Below, in pieces: positions 23,650 to 32,532 of a stretch of 39,847 nucleotides of DNA (the stretch's first letter is position 1; each line of letters opens with the position of its first letter). The position numbers and the translations under genes are program-made. Under the pieces are notes generated by a model. The model saw only the letters and a list, made by a program, of their open reading frames with translations, searched no databases and had not been told where the DNA came from. Location: IMG/VR virus record IMGVR_UViG_3300046519_000060, positions 128,001 through 167,847 of that record; one strand, given 5' to 3'. Source of the DNA: a virus. Its lineage: Duplodnaviria; Heunggongvirae; Uroviricota; Caudoviricetes.

Positions 23650-25065
23650 ATGGAACGCATTGAAAAGACGATCCTGCAAAGTCTGATTTACAACGAAGAA
23701 TACATGCGTAAAGTGTTCCCCTTCTTGAAGAAGGAATACTTCACCGACCAGATTGACGGTCGCATGTACAAGGCAATCTCAGGCTTCATCGACCAGTACA
23801 ACAAATGTCCTTCGAAAGAAGCGATTGAGATTACCCTACAGAATGACAAAGGCATTGGCGAAGATACCTACGAAAGTTGCATCGAAGAACTGAACGACTA
23901 CGCGCCGACTGATACTGTCAATGAGTTCCTAATCAACGAGACGGAGAAGTTCTGTAAGGAACGCGCGGTCTACAACGCTATCACCCGATCCATCACGATC
24001 ATGGACGGGAAAGACAAAGAGATTGGGGAAGATGGTATCCCTCAGTTGCTTCAAGATGCGCTGGCAGTCGCCTTCAATTCGAACGTGGGTCACGATTACT
24101 TCGCGGACGCAGAGAAGCGGTTCGAGTTCTATAACCGCGAAGAAGAACGTGTCCCGTTCCATCTGGACCTACTGAACAAGGTCACGAAGGGTGGACCGCC
24201 GAAGAAAACGCTGACCTGTGTGTTGGCCCCGACTGGTGCGGGTAAGTCGTTGTTTATGACCGATTGGGCTTCGTTCCTCGTCGCGTCAGGCTTCAACGTG
24301 CTGTACATCACCTGTGAAATGGCGGAAGAACGCATCGCAGAACGTAACGATGCGAACTTGCTGGATGTGCCGCTGGACCAGTTGAAGAAGATGGACAAGG
24401 AAACCTACCTTGGCCGCATGTCGAAGATCACGGCCAAGACGCAAGGCCGCATGTTCATCAAAGAGTATCCGACATCGAGCGCACACGTAGGTCACTTCAA
24501 GGCGCTTCTGAATGAACTGAAAATCAAGCAGAAGTTCGTCCCCGACATCATCTTCGTGGACTACATCAACATCTGCCTGTCGCAGCGATACAAGGCCGGT
24601 GGTAACGCGAACAGCTACACCATCGTCAAGGCAACGGCGGAAGAACTGCGCGGCATGGCAGTTGAATTTGATGTGCCAGTCGTCACGGCTACTCAGGTGA
24701 ATCGAGACGGCATGGACAACAGCGACATCGACATGACCAACACTTCGGAATCGATGGGTCTGCCTATGTCACTGGACATCTTCTTCGCGCTGATCCCGAC
24801 CGAAGAATTAGAGAAGATGAACCAAATCATGATTAAGCAGTTGAAGAACCGGTTTGGGGACATCAACTACTACAAGCGGTTCGTGGTCGGTATCGACCGA
24901 TCCAAGATGCGCCTGTACGATGTCGAGACAACAGCACAAGACAACGTGATGAAGGATGCGGCGGCGAAGGAAGCCAAGTCCGCATACGAATCCGATGACT
25001 TCAAAGCTGCGATGACGAAAGCCAAGCCCAAGTCTGGGTTCGACTTCGACGGTATCAAGTGGTGA
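23650..25065 (+). CDS. 41: replicative DNA helicase (T4 gp41-like)
   Basis: VGHDYF, APTGAGKS, EMAEE, IKEYPT, VDYINI, TATQVNR, QLKNRF. Confidence 0.95.
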   Translation: MERIEKTILQSLIYNEEYMRKVFPFLKKEYFTDQIDGRMYKAISGFIDQYNKCPSKEAIEITLQNDKGIGEDTYESCIEELNDYAPTDTVNEFLINETEKFCKERAVYNAITRSITIMDGKDKEIGEDGIPQLLQDALAVAFNSNVGHDYFADAEKRFEFYNREEERVPFHLDLLNKVTKGGPPKKTLTCVLAPTGAGKSLFMTDWASFLVASGFNVLYITCEMAEERIAERNDANLLDVPLDQLKKMDKETYLGRMSKITAKTQGRMFIKEYPTSSAHVGHFKALLNELKIKQKFVPDIIFVDYINICLSQRYKAGGNANSYTIVKATAEELRGMAVEFDVPVVTATQVNRDGMDNSDIDMTNTSESMGLPMSLDIFFALIPTEELEKMNQIMIKQLKNRFGDINYYKRFVVGIDRSKMRLYDVETTAQDNVMKDAAAKEAKSAYESDDFKAAMTKAKPKSGFDFDGIKW

Positions 25066-25101
25066 CGTGTAAATACTCTCAGAACCACTCTGGGAGTAGT
25101 C

Positions 25102-25776
25102 ATGCAACACGCACGCAAGATCAACCGGCGCTTGAAGCCGATATATGACACTCTGAGGCGTCGGCAGGAGATTAGTCACGCTGACCTTCACAAGCTGATC
25201 CAGACCGCTATACGCCCGTTTAAAGCCCGCTGTGTGCTGTATGGTGAACCTATCGCGAATGACGATTGCGGTATCAGTGGTGTATTCCAACCGGAAGATC
25301 ACCACTGGCCTATCCACATCGAAGTTCATGTCTCTAAGTACTCCGACAAGGTATATCTGTCACCCAAGCTGACGAAGCATCTGGTGTATGCGATCTTCCA
25401 GTCGCTATCACACGAACTGATTCATCAGCACCAGTACCGCTACCGGGACGACCGAGCGCCGATCATCATGTACATGCTTGGCGATGGTTGCCCGATGACG
25501 GAGAAGCAAGCGTACCTTGCGGAAGTCGATGAAATTGATGCCTACGCCCATGACATCGCCATCGACCTGTATCACCACTATCCGGGCAACTACATGGACC
25601 ATCTTCGCGACGGTCGCTACATGACTTCAATGGCTTGGCAGATGTACGTCGAAGCCTTCCACGGAACCGACTGGAAAGACATCCGCAATCGTCTTTACAA
25701 GAAGGTATTTCAACATATCACCCGTATCCGGGACAAAGATGAAGGATTCACATGTACGATCACCTTTTTTCGCTGA
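25102..25776 (+). CDS. HExxH metallopeptidase-like protein
   Basis: SHELIHQHQ and YL..DEIDAYA; GTAAATA late-like element upstream. Confidence 0.55.
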   Translation: MQHARKINRRLKPIYDTLRRRQEISHADLHKLIQTAIRPFKARCVLYGEPIANDDCGISGVFQPEDHHWPIHIEVHVSKYSDKVYLSPKLTKHLVYAIFQSLSHELIHQHQYRYRDDRAPIIMYMLGDGCPMTEKQAYLAEVDEIDAYAHDIAIDLYHHYPGNYMDHLRDGRYMTSMAWQMYVEAFHGTDWKDIRNRLYKKVFQHITRIRDKDEGFTCTITFFR

Positions 25777-25925
25777 TGGATTTGATTCAACTTGTTCTCA
25801 TGATTGGGGCATGTTATGCTTGCTACATTCGTGGGAAGCGTGATGCAGCAATCGCGATCTTTACTCAGCTTGAAGCAGCGGGTGTTGTGAAGATACAACA
25901 CGAAGAAGAACAAGAAGAAAACTAG
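25752..25925 (+). CDS. 57-aa membrane protein; not in ORF track
   Basis: AAGGA RBS; hydrophobic segment then acidic tail. Confidence 0.55.
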   Translation: MYDHLFSLMDLIQLVLMIGACYACYIRGKRDAAIAIFTQLEAAGVVKIQHEEEQEEN

Positions 25926-25934
25926 AAAATGTAG

Positions 25935-25963
25935 TTGACCACGTTTGGGAATTCCTGTACAAT
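25935..25963 (+). promoter_or_regulatory. sigma70 promoter with inverted box
   Basis: TTGACC-ACGTTTGGGAATTCCTG-TACAAT. Confidence 0.75.
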
Positions 25964-26036
25964 GTGGTTTCACAGTTGATGATGTCGGTCAACAACGGTT
26001 GGTAGGAAGTCCGTGCAAAACTTCCCATACTTGATT

Positions 26037-26176
26037 GTGGACGTGGCGGAATTGGTATACGCGCCTTGTTAGTAGGTATGTCGGCTGGAACCCATCGACA
26101 GGGGAAATTGTCGCGACGTACTGAGGACAGGGTTCCCGATAAAAAGGGAGTGTGGGTTCAACTCCCATCGTCCACA
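26037..26176 (+). ncRNA. tRNA-Leu(GAG)-like RNA with 52-nt structured insert in the anticodon loop
   Basis: GTGGACG/CGTCCAC-A, Leu-type D arm GCGGAATTGGTATACGC, long variable arm, TTCAACT T loop; CCA not encoded. Confidence 0.7.
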
Positions 26177-26261
26177 CAACCGGGTAGAGCGAGCATTTAC
26201 GCCAGTTATCGGGAACATGCGACCCCGACTACCCGAACTTAAACCTGTAGAAAACTAAACA

Positions 26262-26468
26262 ATGAAGAATCAAGTCTCCCAGAAGTCGAAGATCGAAGCA
26301 ATCCTGCGCAAAGGCCGTCTCCTGACGCCGACGCAAGCAAAGTCGTATGGCATCACCAAGCCGTCCGCACGTATCAGCGAACTGCGCGATGATGGCGTGA
26401 ACGTGGTCAGCACCACGAACAAGTCGGGTAATTTCGCGTGGAAGTTGGGTACGCCCGCTTTCGCCTAA
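26262..26468 (+). CDS. small winged helix-turn-helix protein
   Basis: LTPTQAKSYGITKPSARISELRDDGVNV pattern. Confidence 0.7.
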   Translation: MKNQVSQKSKIEAILRKGRLLTPTQAKSYGITKPSARISELRDDGVNVVSTTNKSGNFAWKLGTPAFA

Positions 26469-26563
26469 GCATCATCCCGCACTGAACCGCGCCACAAGCG
26501 GACCTTTCCCAAACATCTACGCTTGTGGCGTGTGCGAACACCTACATCAAACTGAGAAACTTA

Positions 26564-26983
26564 ATGCTGCATAATCTGTCGTTCCAAGAAGTCCAAAACA
26601 ACGTTGTCAACGAGCAAGACCCGGAAACCCTGCGCCGCGCGCTGCTGCTGTCGAATGCTCTGGTCAGCAAGCTGGACGAGACGGTTGCATCGCTGGTCGA
26701 TGAACTGAAAGACCTGAACGAAGAAAACGAACTTCTGATCGCTGATGTCGATGCACTCGCGGCTGATGCAGACCGTTATGCACTGCTGAAATCGGTTCTC
26801 CCGGCGTGCCTCGAAATCGCGGCAACGGCTGGTGTGAAGCACGCAGCAACCTTCGGTGGTCTGGACCCGGCCCGTCTCGATCAATCGCTGGATACCCTGA
26901 TCGAACTTGGCGCACTGGACCAACTGCGCGAAGCCTACGAAGCGGAAGAACTGGCGCAAGCTGCTGGTAGCCGTCAAGACTAA
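26564..26983 (+). CDS. acidic coiled-coil hypothetical protein
   Basis: Heptad-rich; DADRY motif. Confidence 0.7.
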   Translation: MLHNLSFQEVQNNVVNEQDPETLRRALLLSNALVSKLDETVASLVDELKDLNEENELLIADVDALAADADRYALLKSVLPACLEIAATAGVKHAATFGGLDPARLDQSLDTLIELGALDQLREAYEAEELAQAAGSRQD

Positions 26984-27103
26984 TACCGGTAGTGTCAGGT
27001 AGGGAAAGCAAACGGAGAATGGGAAGCGATGGTCCTGACAACCTAGCGGATACCTCACCGGCCTGATACACAGAAACCCCAAACATGTTTTCATCGAAAG
27101 ATG

Positions 27104-27132
27104 TTGACACGTTTGGGGTTTTTTGTTATAGT
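27104..27132 (+). promoter_or_regulatory. sigma70 promoter embedded in an inverted repeat
   Basis: TTGACA-17 nt-TATAGT; IR arms 27074-27088 and 27107-27121. Confidence 0.75.
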
Positions 27133-27163
27133 TCTTCCATACCAACGAAACGGAGCGCATCAC

Positions 27164-28339
27164 ATGACCCAACTTACTGTCGTTGAATACCGTGTTCAGG
27201 AAGTCTACGCCCGCGTTGAGAAGTTCAATCGCAAGGCAAAGAAGTTGAACCTTCCGGCCATCACGGTTGCCAAGACGGGTAGCAAGGTTCGCAAATTCCG
27301 CACGGAGACGGCAGACGGCGTGACCGAACAGTTCGAATTGAACTTCGTGACGCTGGAACTGACGGGCGACATCCCGCGCATCGACGGTTGGGCGATTCAC
27401 TCGAAGGTCGAACCGTCTGGCGTCTTTGGTCAGAACTTCGTCTACTCGCAACCGGGCTTCGAACCGGTCGAAGGTCTGCGCACCACGAAGATGATCTGCG
27501 AACACTGCAATCACAATCGCGCACGTTCGCTGGTGTACCTGCTGCAAAACATCGAGACGGGCGAACAGAAGTTGGTTGGCAAGACCTGCCTCAAAGACTT
27601 CCTACCGAACATCGACGTTGCCGCGCTGCTGTCGTATCTGGAAGGCTTCCGTGAACTGTCGAGTTCGGATGCGGATGAAGATTACGAACGTGCGCCGCGT
27701 GCTGAGTGGATGTACAGCGTACAAGACCTGATCGCAGAATGCCTCTACTCGATCCGCAAGATCGGTTATCGCTCGAAGAAGGCCGCACGCGACATGGGCG
27801 AAGAAGGCACGGAAACCTCGGCGTGGATCGGGATTTCGGATGTCAAGAAGCGTGAAAAGCTGTACCCGTCTGCTGAGTTGCGGGTGTTCTATGAAACCGG
27901 TGAAATCGACAAGGTTGTGGACTTCATCAAAGCCATGAACCCGCGTGATGACTTCGGCTACAACCTGCAACTGGCAGTCGAGCAAGTCAACGCACCGGTC
28001 AAGATGTTTGGTTTCGTGGCCGCTGGCGTGAACATGTACATCAAGGCGACGGAGAAGGCCGCAGAAGCGACGAACAAGACCAATGAATGGGTCGGCACGG
28101 TCGGCAAGCGGGAAGTGTTCAGTGGCCTCAAAATCGTGCGCTGCACGGCAACCGAAGGTCACTATGGCACGACCTTCGTGACCGGGTTCGAAGATGAAGC
28201 TGGTCGCACGTTCATCTGGTTTGCATCGAGCAAGATCGGTGACGTGGGTGAAGTGATGGACCTGAAAGCAACCGTGAAAGAACACGGTGAGTACAAGGGA
28301 ACGAAGCAGACGGTCATCACCCGAGCAACGAAGATGTAA
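27164..28339 (+). CDS. conserved phage protein with CxHC...C Zn motif and C-terminal OB-like domain
   Basis: CEHCNHNR...VGKTCLKDF; C-terminal WFAS...KATVKEHGEYKGTKQT. Confidence 0.75.
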   Translation: MTQLTVVEYRVQEVYARVEKFNRKAKKLNLPAITVAKTGSKVRKFRTETADGVTEQFELNFVTLELTGDIPRIDGWAIHSKVEPSGVFGQNFVYSQPGFEPVEGLRTTKMICEHCNHNRARSLVYLLQNIETGEQKLVGKTCLKDFLPNIDVAALLSYLEGFRELSSSDADEDYERAPRAEWMYSVQDLIAECLYSIRKIGYRSKKAARDMGEEGTETSAWIGISDVKKREKLYPSAELRVFYETGEIDKVVDFIKAMNPRDDFGYNLQLAVEQVNAPVKMFGFVAAGVNMYIKATEKAAEATNKTNEWVGTVGKREVFSGLKIVRCTATEGHYGTTFVTGFEDEAGRTFIWFASSKIGDVGEVMDLKATVKEHGEYKGTKQTVITRATKM

Positions 28340-28345
28340 GAGACT

Positions 28346-28373
28346 GGCCCGCGAAAGCGGGCTTTTTCTTTTT
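28346..28373 (+). terminator. rho-independent terminator
   Basis: GCCCGC-GAAA-GCGGGC plus T tract. Confidence 0.9.
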
Positions 28374-28402
28374 GGGATAAGTAAAGGACAACTGAGGGAA
28401 AT

Positions 28403-28672
28403 ATGTTACGAGAATGTAAAATCCGCACAGAGAACTGGTACTGGAACCGACAGCTACAGCTTCGATTATTTCAGCTTGGTGTGTTCTGGCCGGGAGTAGG
28501 CCAACAACTTTGGAACGTGCGGAATGGGCGGGGAGACTTCCTGTTCTTGCAACAGGACTACAAAGGCGACAGATTCTACCTGTCGTGGGGAAGGGAACGG
28601 GAATTTGACGGTTCCACGTTGCCCGAGACGACCGCCAAGATGTTACTGAATGACCTCGAAGCTACTGTCTGA
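28403..28672 (+). CDS. hypothetical protein
   Basis: GAGGG RBS. Confidence 0.6.
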   Translation: MLRECKIRTENWYWNRQLQLRLFQLGVFWPGVGQQLWNVRNGRGDFLFLQQDYKGDRFYLSWGREREFDGSTLPETTAKMLLNDLEATV

Positions 28673-28781
28673 AAACGATAAATAGACAGTAGTACTCATT
28701 TCTCGCCTACCGGCGACTTCGCTTCGCTCAGAGGACATGTTTAGCTAGTCCTTCATTTCGAGCATGAAAACCCGAAACAGC

Positions 28782-28810
28782 ATTATATCAATGACGGGAA
28801 TTCTTGTCAA
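28782..28810 (-). promoter_or_regulatory. perfect-consensus antisense sigma70 promoter
   Basis: Minus strand TTGACA-AGAATTCCCGTCATTGA-TATAAT (17-nt spacer). Confidence 0.85.
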
Positions 28811-28840
28811 GATAAATATTGTCGTTACAATCCATAAATA
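28811..28840 (+). promoter_or_regulatory. T4 late-promoter-like elements
   Basis: GATAAATA and CATAAATA upstream of the structural-type gene. Confidence 0.55.
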
Positions 28841-28850
28841 GGACACAAAC

Positions 28851-29369
28851 ATGTCAAGTTGGACTCTCAACACCCCGCCGACATTCCACCCGGATGCGGT
28901 CGCTTCGGCTGCTGGCTGGAAGCATCCTGTGACTGGTGAAGTGCTGGTCGCCATTCGTGGCCTGACGACGAAGAACGTGGATGCAGGAACCGTCCCGACC
29001 TTCGTGCTGGCCGTTCCTGCCGATGGCACCTACCACGCTGGCGACAAGCTAACGTTCACCGTCACGGCCTCGGAAGCTGTCTCCGTCTCCGGTACGCCGT
29101 CGATTGATGTCACCATCGGCGCAAACATCCGTCAGGCGCAATTCACTGGCATCGACGCAACAAACAAGATTCTGACGTTCCAATACACGCTGGTTGCTGG
29201 TGATGCGGGCGCGACGGGAATCACGGTTTCCCCGAGCATCGACCTGAATACGGTCAGTAAGGGTAAGTCGAAAGTGGTGGACCTGATTGCTGGTTCCGCT
29301 GGTCAACCGGTCGATGCGTCGAAGCTGACGTTCACTGTCCCGGCAACTACAGGTATCGTTACCGCGTAA
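28851..29369 (+). CDS. putative virion surface protein with Ig-like domain
   Basis: GWKHPVTGEVLV N-terminus; T/V/G-rich beta repeat (TFTVTASEAVSVSGTP...LTFQYT). Confidence 0.65.
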   Translation: MSSWTLNTPPTFHPDAVASAAGWKHPVTGEVLVAIRGLTTKNVDAGTVPTFVLAVPADGTYHAGDKLTFTVTASEAVSVSGTPSIDVTIGANIRQAQFTGIDATNKILTFQYTLVAGDAGATGITVSPSIDLNTVSKGKSKVVDLIAGSAGQPVDASKLTFTVPATTGIVTA

Positions 29370-29371
29370 TA

Positions 29372-29779
29372 ATGATGGTTAAAGTCGATTTGTCTGAGGA
29401 TAACTTCGAATTCTTCGCGATCAAGCATTACGATGATCCGAATTGCCTTGGAGTGGCAGAATTCCGTGAGGATTTGCAACGGTTCAAATACCTGAATCGA
29501 CTTTTAAACAAGTTTGAGGAATCAGGAGATTTGAAAGTGAACCTGATCCTTAATCACATTGTTGTCCTGTATAACCTGTTTAACGATGCGGCCACGAACC
29601 TATTGTTCTATCGCGTCGCAGAAAAGCACTGGCCGATCCTAGTCCCGTTCCTGATATTCATTAATCGGATGCCCGCAATGGTACACGTCAATACCCGACG
29701 CACCTTGCACGATTCCGATATAGCGATTGACATGAACGTGGTTACGGCTTTGCGTGAATTCAACCGTCAAGGTTGTTGA
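29372..29779 (+). CDS. conserved T4-like phage hypothetical protein
   Basis: DNFEFFAIKHYDDPNC...EDLQRFKYL..L...LILNHIVVLYN.F pattern. Confidence 0.75.
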   Translation: MMVKVDLSEDNFEFFAIKHYDDPNCLGVAEFREDLQRFKYLNRLLNKFEESGDLKVNLILNHIVVLYNLFNDAATNLLFYRVAEKHWPILVPFLIFINRMPAMVHVNTRRTLHDSDIAIDMNVVTALREFNRQGC

Positions 29780-29787
29780 GGATAAAT

Positions 29788-29985
29788 ATGACGAATGACA
29801 ACAACACGACGCGACGGCCCATCAAATCATTCAAGGTGTTCTGTGAGGATGCTGGTGCGGTCGCTGGCGGCGCTGTAGCCACGAATGCTACTGGTCCCGC
29901 TGTCGCTGGTACTGGTGACGACAAGAGTACGGTCGTCGTCAAGAAGAAGCCAACCATCCAAACACGGAGTAAACCTGTCCTATGA
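29788..29985 (+). CDS. hypothetical protein
   Basis: GAGGA RBS; KSFKVFCED motif. Confidence 0.6.
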   Translation: MTNDNNTTRRPIKSFKVFCEDAGAVAGGAVATNATGPAVAGTGDDKSTVVVKKKPTIQTRSKPVL

Positions 29986-30248
29986 AGCGAATCATCGCAA
30001 AGGTGAAGGCCATCTTCTCGAAGAAAGAAGCCGCTGAACCAGTGCATATCCCATTACCCACGGTAACACCCGAAGTGGTTGAACCGAAGGTTGAGAAGAA
30101 GCCGCAACAGCCAAGAAAGCCGAAGCAAAGTACGGAGACAAAGCGCAAGCCCGGACCCAAGAAAGAAGTGCCGGGTGATGTTAAAACAACACCGCCGAAA
30201 CGTAAACGCAAACCTCGGTCCAAACCGGTAAATCAAAATGGGCGATAA
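29982..30248 (+). CDS. K/P-rich basic protein
   Basis: ATGA overlap; low complexity. Confidence 0.6.
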   Translation: MKRIIAKVKAIFSKKEAAEPVHIPLPTVTPEVVEPKVEKKPQQPRKPKQSTETKRKPGPKKEVPGDVKTTPPKRKRKPRSKPVNQNGR

Positions 30249-30732
30249 TTACGAAATGGACATCGCCCTATTGAAGCGCGATACCGAACAAACTTCTCAG
30301 ATTGTCACCAAGCTTGATAATGCAATTGAGAAACTAACCGATCTGGGGACTGACATTTCTAAAATGTTGGCCCTACATGAACAACGTCTAGGACGACTGG
30401 AACAAATCGACAACGAGATTCACGGTCTTGTAGAAACGCGACGTGCCGAACTTCAAACCGACATCAATGCTTTGGAGGGTAAGTTGGCTTCTACAATTAA
30501 GGAAATTTCGAACGACATCAACCAGACGGAAGATCGACTCATGGGCGCTATCAAAGGCGTCAAGGATGACATCAAGACGGAGAGCGTTGAGAAGAAGAAG
30601 GATCACGATGCACTGGTGAAGCGGGTGGAAGCCCTCGAACGCTGGCGCTACATCCTGATCGGTGGCGGGTTGGCCCTTGGCTTCCTGATCGAGAAGGTGC
30701 TACCCATCTTCGGCATCGGCCACGCTGGTTGA
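30238..30732 (+). CDS. coiled-coil protein with C-terminal transmembrane helix
   Basis: Heptads, then LERWRYILIGGGLALGFL. Confidence 0.75.
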   Translation: MGDNYEMDIALLKRDTEQTSQIVTKLDNAIEKLTDLGTDISKMLALHEQRLGRLEQIDNEIHGLVETRRAELQTDINALEGKLASTIKEISNDINQTEDRLMGAIKGVKDDIKTESVEKKKDHDALVKRVEALERWRYILIGGGLALGFLIEKVLPIFGIGHAG

Positions 30733-30747
30733 TCGAACCACACAAAG

Positions 30748-30767
30748 AACCGCCTTCGGGCGGTTTT
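30748..30767 (+). terminator. terminator with cUUCGg tetraloop
   Basis: AACCGCC-TTCG-GGCGGTT-TT. Confidence 0.85.
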
Positions 30768-30781
30768 GTCGTTTCTGGGCC

Positions 30782-30810
30782 TTGCAAAATTCCCAGACGT
30801 GTGCGATAAT
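30782..30810 (+). promoter_or_regulatory. sigma70 promoter of primase with box
   Basis: TTGCAA-AATTCCCAGACGTGTGC-GATAAT. Confidence 0.7.
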
Positions 30811-30843
30811 GCCGTTACTGACACACATGCAGGAACTTTCAAA

Positions 30844-31902
30844 TTGCTCTACATTGACGTTAAGTACGTCGCCTTCATCGCTTCCCGTCTCGAAAGATTC
30901 CAGAAGAAGGATGCCACACTCTGGAATTTCCGGTGTCCCATCTGTCTCGATTCCGCACAGAACAAGTTCAAGGCGCGTGGCTACCTGTACGCGAAGGAAC
31001 AGAAGCTTGTGTACGCGTGCCACAACTGCGGCGCATCGATGCGCTTTGGTAAGTTCCTTGAACAAGTCGATCCGGTCATCTATGGTGAGTATCGGCGCGA
31101 AGTCTACAAAGAGACGCACGACGAGAGACGACCAAAGAAAGTAGAGAAGGTAGAAGCGGTAGAAGATGATGGCCTCAAAGACCTCGCAAAAACGGATACA
31201 GCGTCACGGTTCGGCAAGAAGGTAGCGGCACATCCCCCAAGCCTTCTCGATGGCCTGATGGACCGTTTAGACCGTCTGCCGGATGACCATGAAGCCGTGG
31301 CCTACGTGCTGGATCGAAAGATTCCGCGTGACCAGTTCCACAAGATGTACTTCATCCCGAACATGCTGGACATCGTTCAGCTATCGGATCGATATGAAGG
31401 GCGCATTAGGACGAACGAACCACGCATCGTCATGCCGTTCTATGACACCAAGGGTCAGCTATCGGGCGTCACATGCCGTGCGATCCGTGGCGAAGAACTG
31501 CGCTATGTCGTCGTGAAGGTGAAGGACGATACGCCGCTGATCTTCGGTATCAACGACATCGACCGTTCCAAGAAGGTGTACGTGGTTGAAGGGCCGATTG
31601 ACTCGATGTTCATTCCCAATGCTGTTGCTGTTGGCGGTACGGGGATGGGGAAGATCAACTTCCTTGGTCTACGCGATACAACAATCGTGTTTGATAATCA
31701 ACCAAGGAACAAAGATGTGTGTAGAATACAGGAAAGGGCGATAGCCAACGGTGACAACGTGGTGGTCTGGAACCCTCGACTGACCCAGAAGGACATCAAC
31801 GACATGGCGAAAGATGGCGTTGACTACATGCGTGAAATCGAATCCCGGACGTTTTCCGGGCTACAAGCAAAACTAGAATTCGATAGGTGGAAGAAGTGTT
31901 GA
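30844..31902 (+). CDS. 61: DNA primase (T4 gp61-like)
   Basis: NFRCPICLDS...CHNCG zinc ribbon; VVEGPIDS and FDNQPRN TOPRIM; TTG start after AGGA. Confidence 0.93.
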   Translation: MLYIDVKYVAFIASRLERFQKKDATLWNFRCPICLDSAQNKFKARGYLYAKEQKLVYACHNCGASMRFGKFLEQVDPVIYGEYRREVYKETHDERRPKKVEKVEAVEDDGLKDLAKTDTASRFGKKVAAHPPSLLDGLMDRLDRLPDDHEAVAYVLDRKIPRDQFHKMYFIPNMLDIVQLSDRYEGRIRTNEPRIVMPFYDTKGQLSGVTCRAIRGEELRYVVVKVKDDTPLIFGINDIDRSKKVYVVEGPIDSMFIPNAVAVGGTGMGKINFLGLRDTTIVFDNQPRNKDVCRIQERAIANGDNVVVWNPRLTQKDINDMAKDGVDYMREIESRTFSGLQAKLEFDRWKKC

Positions 31903-32069
31903 TGAAGCACAAAACCGTCAGTCTGTTTAATGACACCGACTTGTTCGACTGGAAGATAGAACAACTTCTGACCGAAGGTTGGTACTGCAACGGTTTCTTG
32001 GATACGGCCATCGACAATGATGGGAACGTGTTGTATACGCAAGCCATGATGAAAACGGTGACATCATGA
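31902..32069 (+). CDS. hypothetical protein
   Basis: TGATG coupling. Confidence 0.6.
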   Translation: MKHKTVSLFNDTDLFDWKIEQLLTEGWYCNGFLDTAIDNDGNVLYTQAMMKTVTS

Positions 32070-32224
32070 TCGACGCATGTGCATGTATGGGACCGATCAA
32101 GGGTGAACCGTACTGTCCCTGTCAGATGCAACAGATGGGACTTCGGACTGTCAAAGATTACGAGTGGTCCGAAGAAGATAAGCAGAAGTTTGAAGACGCA
32201 CTTAGATCATTGGGCTGGAAATGA
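32066..32224 (+). CDS. 52-aa Cys-rich protein; not in ORF track
   Basis: MIDACACMGPIKGEPYCPCQM...; ATGA overlaps at both ends. Confidence 0.65.
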   Translation: MIDACACMGPIKGEPYCPCQMQQMGLRTVKDYEWSEEDKQKFEDALRSLGWK

Positions 32225-32532
32225 AATTCACAATCAATCTGCATGTTCCGCGCATCGGTGCGGACTATGAATGGGCTTCTGTCTCGTTGTACGGGCAAGA
32301 GTACGCCCGGTTTGGCGACGCCTACCACGACAAGGGCGCTGACAAGGCCGAAGGGTGGTGCGAAGGGTACGCCAATGCACTCGGCGTGAAGGACTTCCAA
32401 ATCGACCGTATCGAGTTCCATGACCCGGCGTGCTACGACTATCAATCGCCGTGCGAAGTCTGTGCCGACACCGGCCACTACTTTCGCCAGACATCAACTG
32501 GCGGTGAGACTACGCCTTGCTGGAAGTGCTGA
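32221..32532 (+). CDS. hypothetical protein with C-terminal CxxC...CxxC
   Basis: CEVC...CWKC. Confidence 0.65.
   Translation: MKFTINLHVPRIGADYEWASVSLYGQEYARFGDAYHDKGADKAEGWCEGYANALGVKDFQIDRIEFHDPACYDYQSPCEVCADTGHYFRQTSTGGETTPCWKC

Noticed and set aside
26064-26132. Group I intron or canonical archaeal BHB intron in the Leu-like tRNA
   Set aside because: 52 nt is far too short for group I; canonical BHB cleavage would give an off-register loop, and no splicing endonuclease is visible
30766-30843. N-terminal extension of primase
   Set aside because: Runs through the terminator and promoter; TTG 30844 has an RBS and matches gp61-like starts
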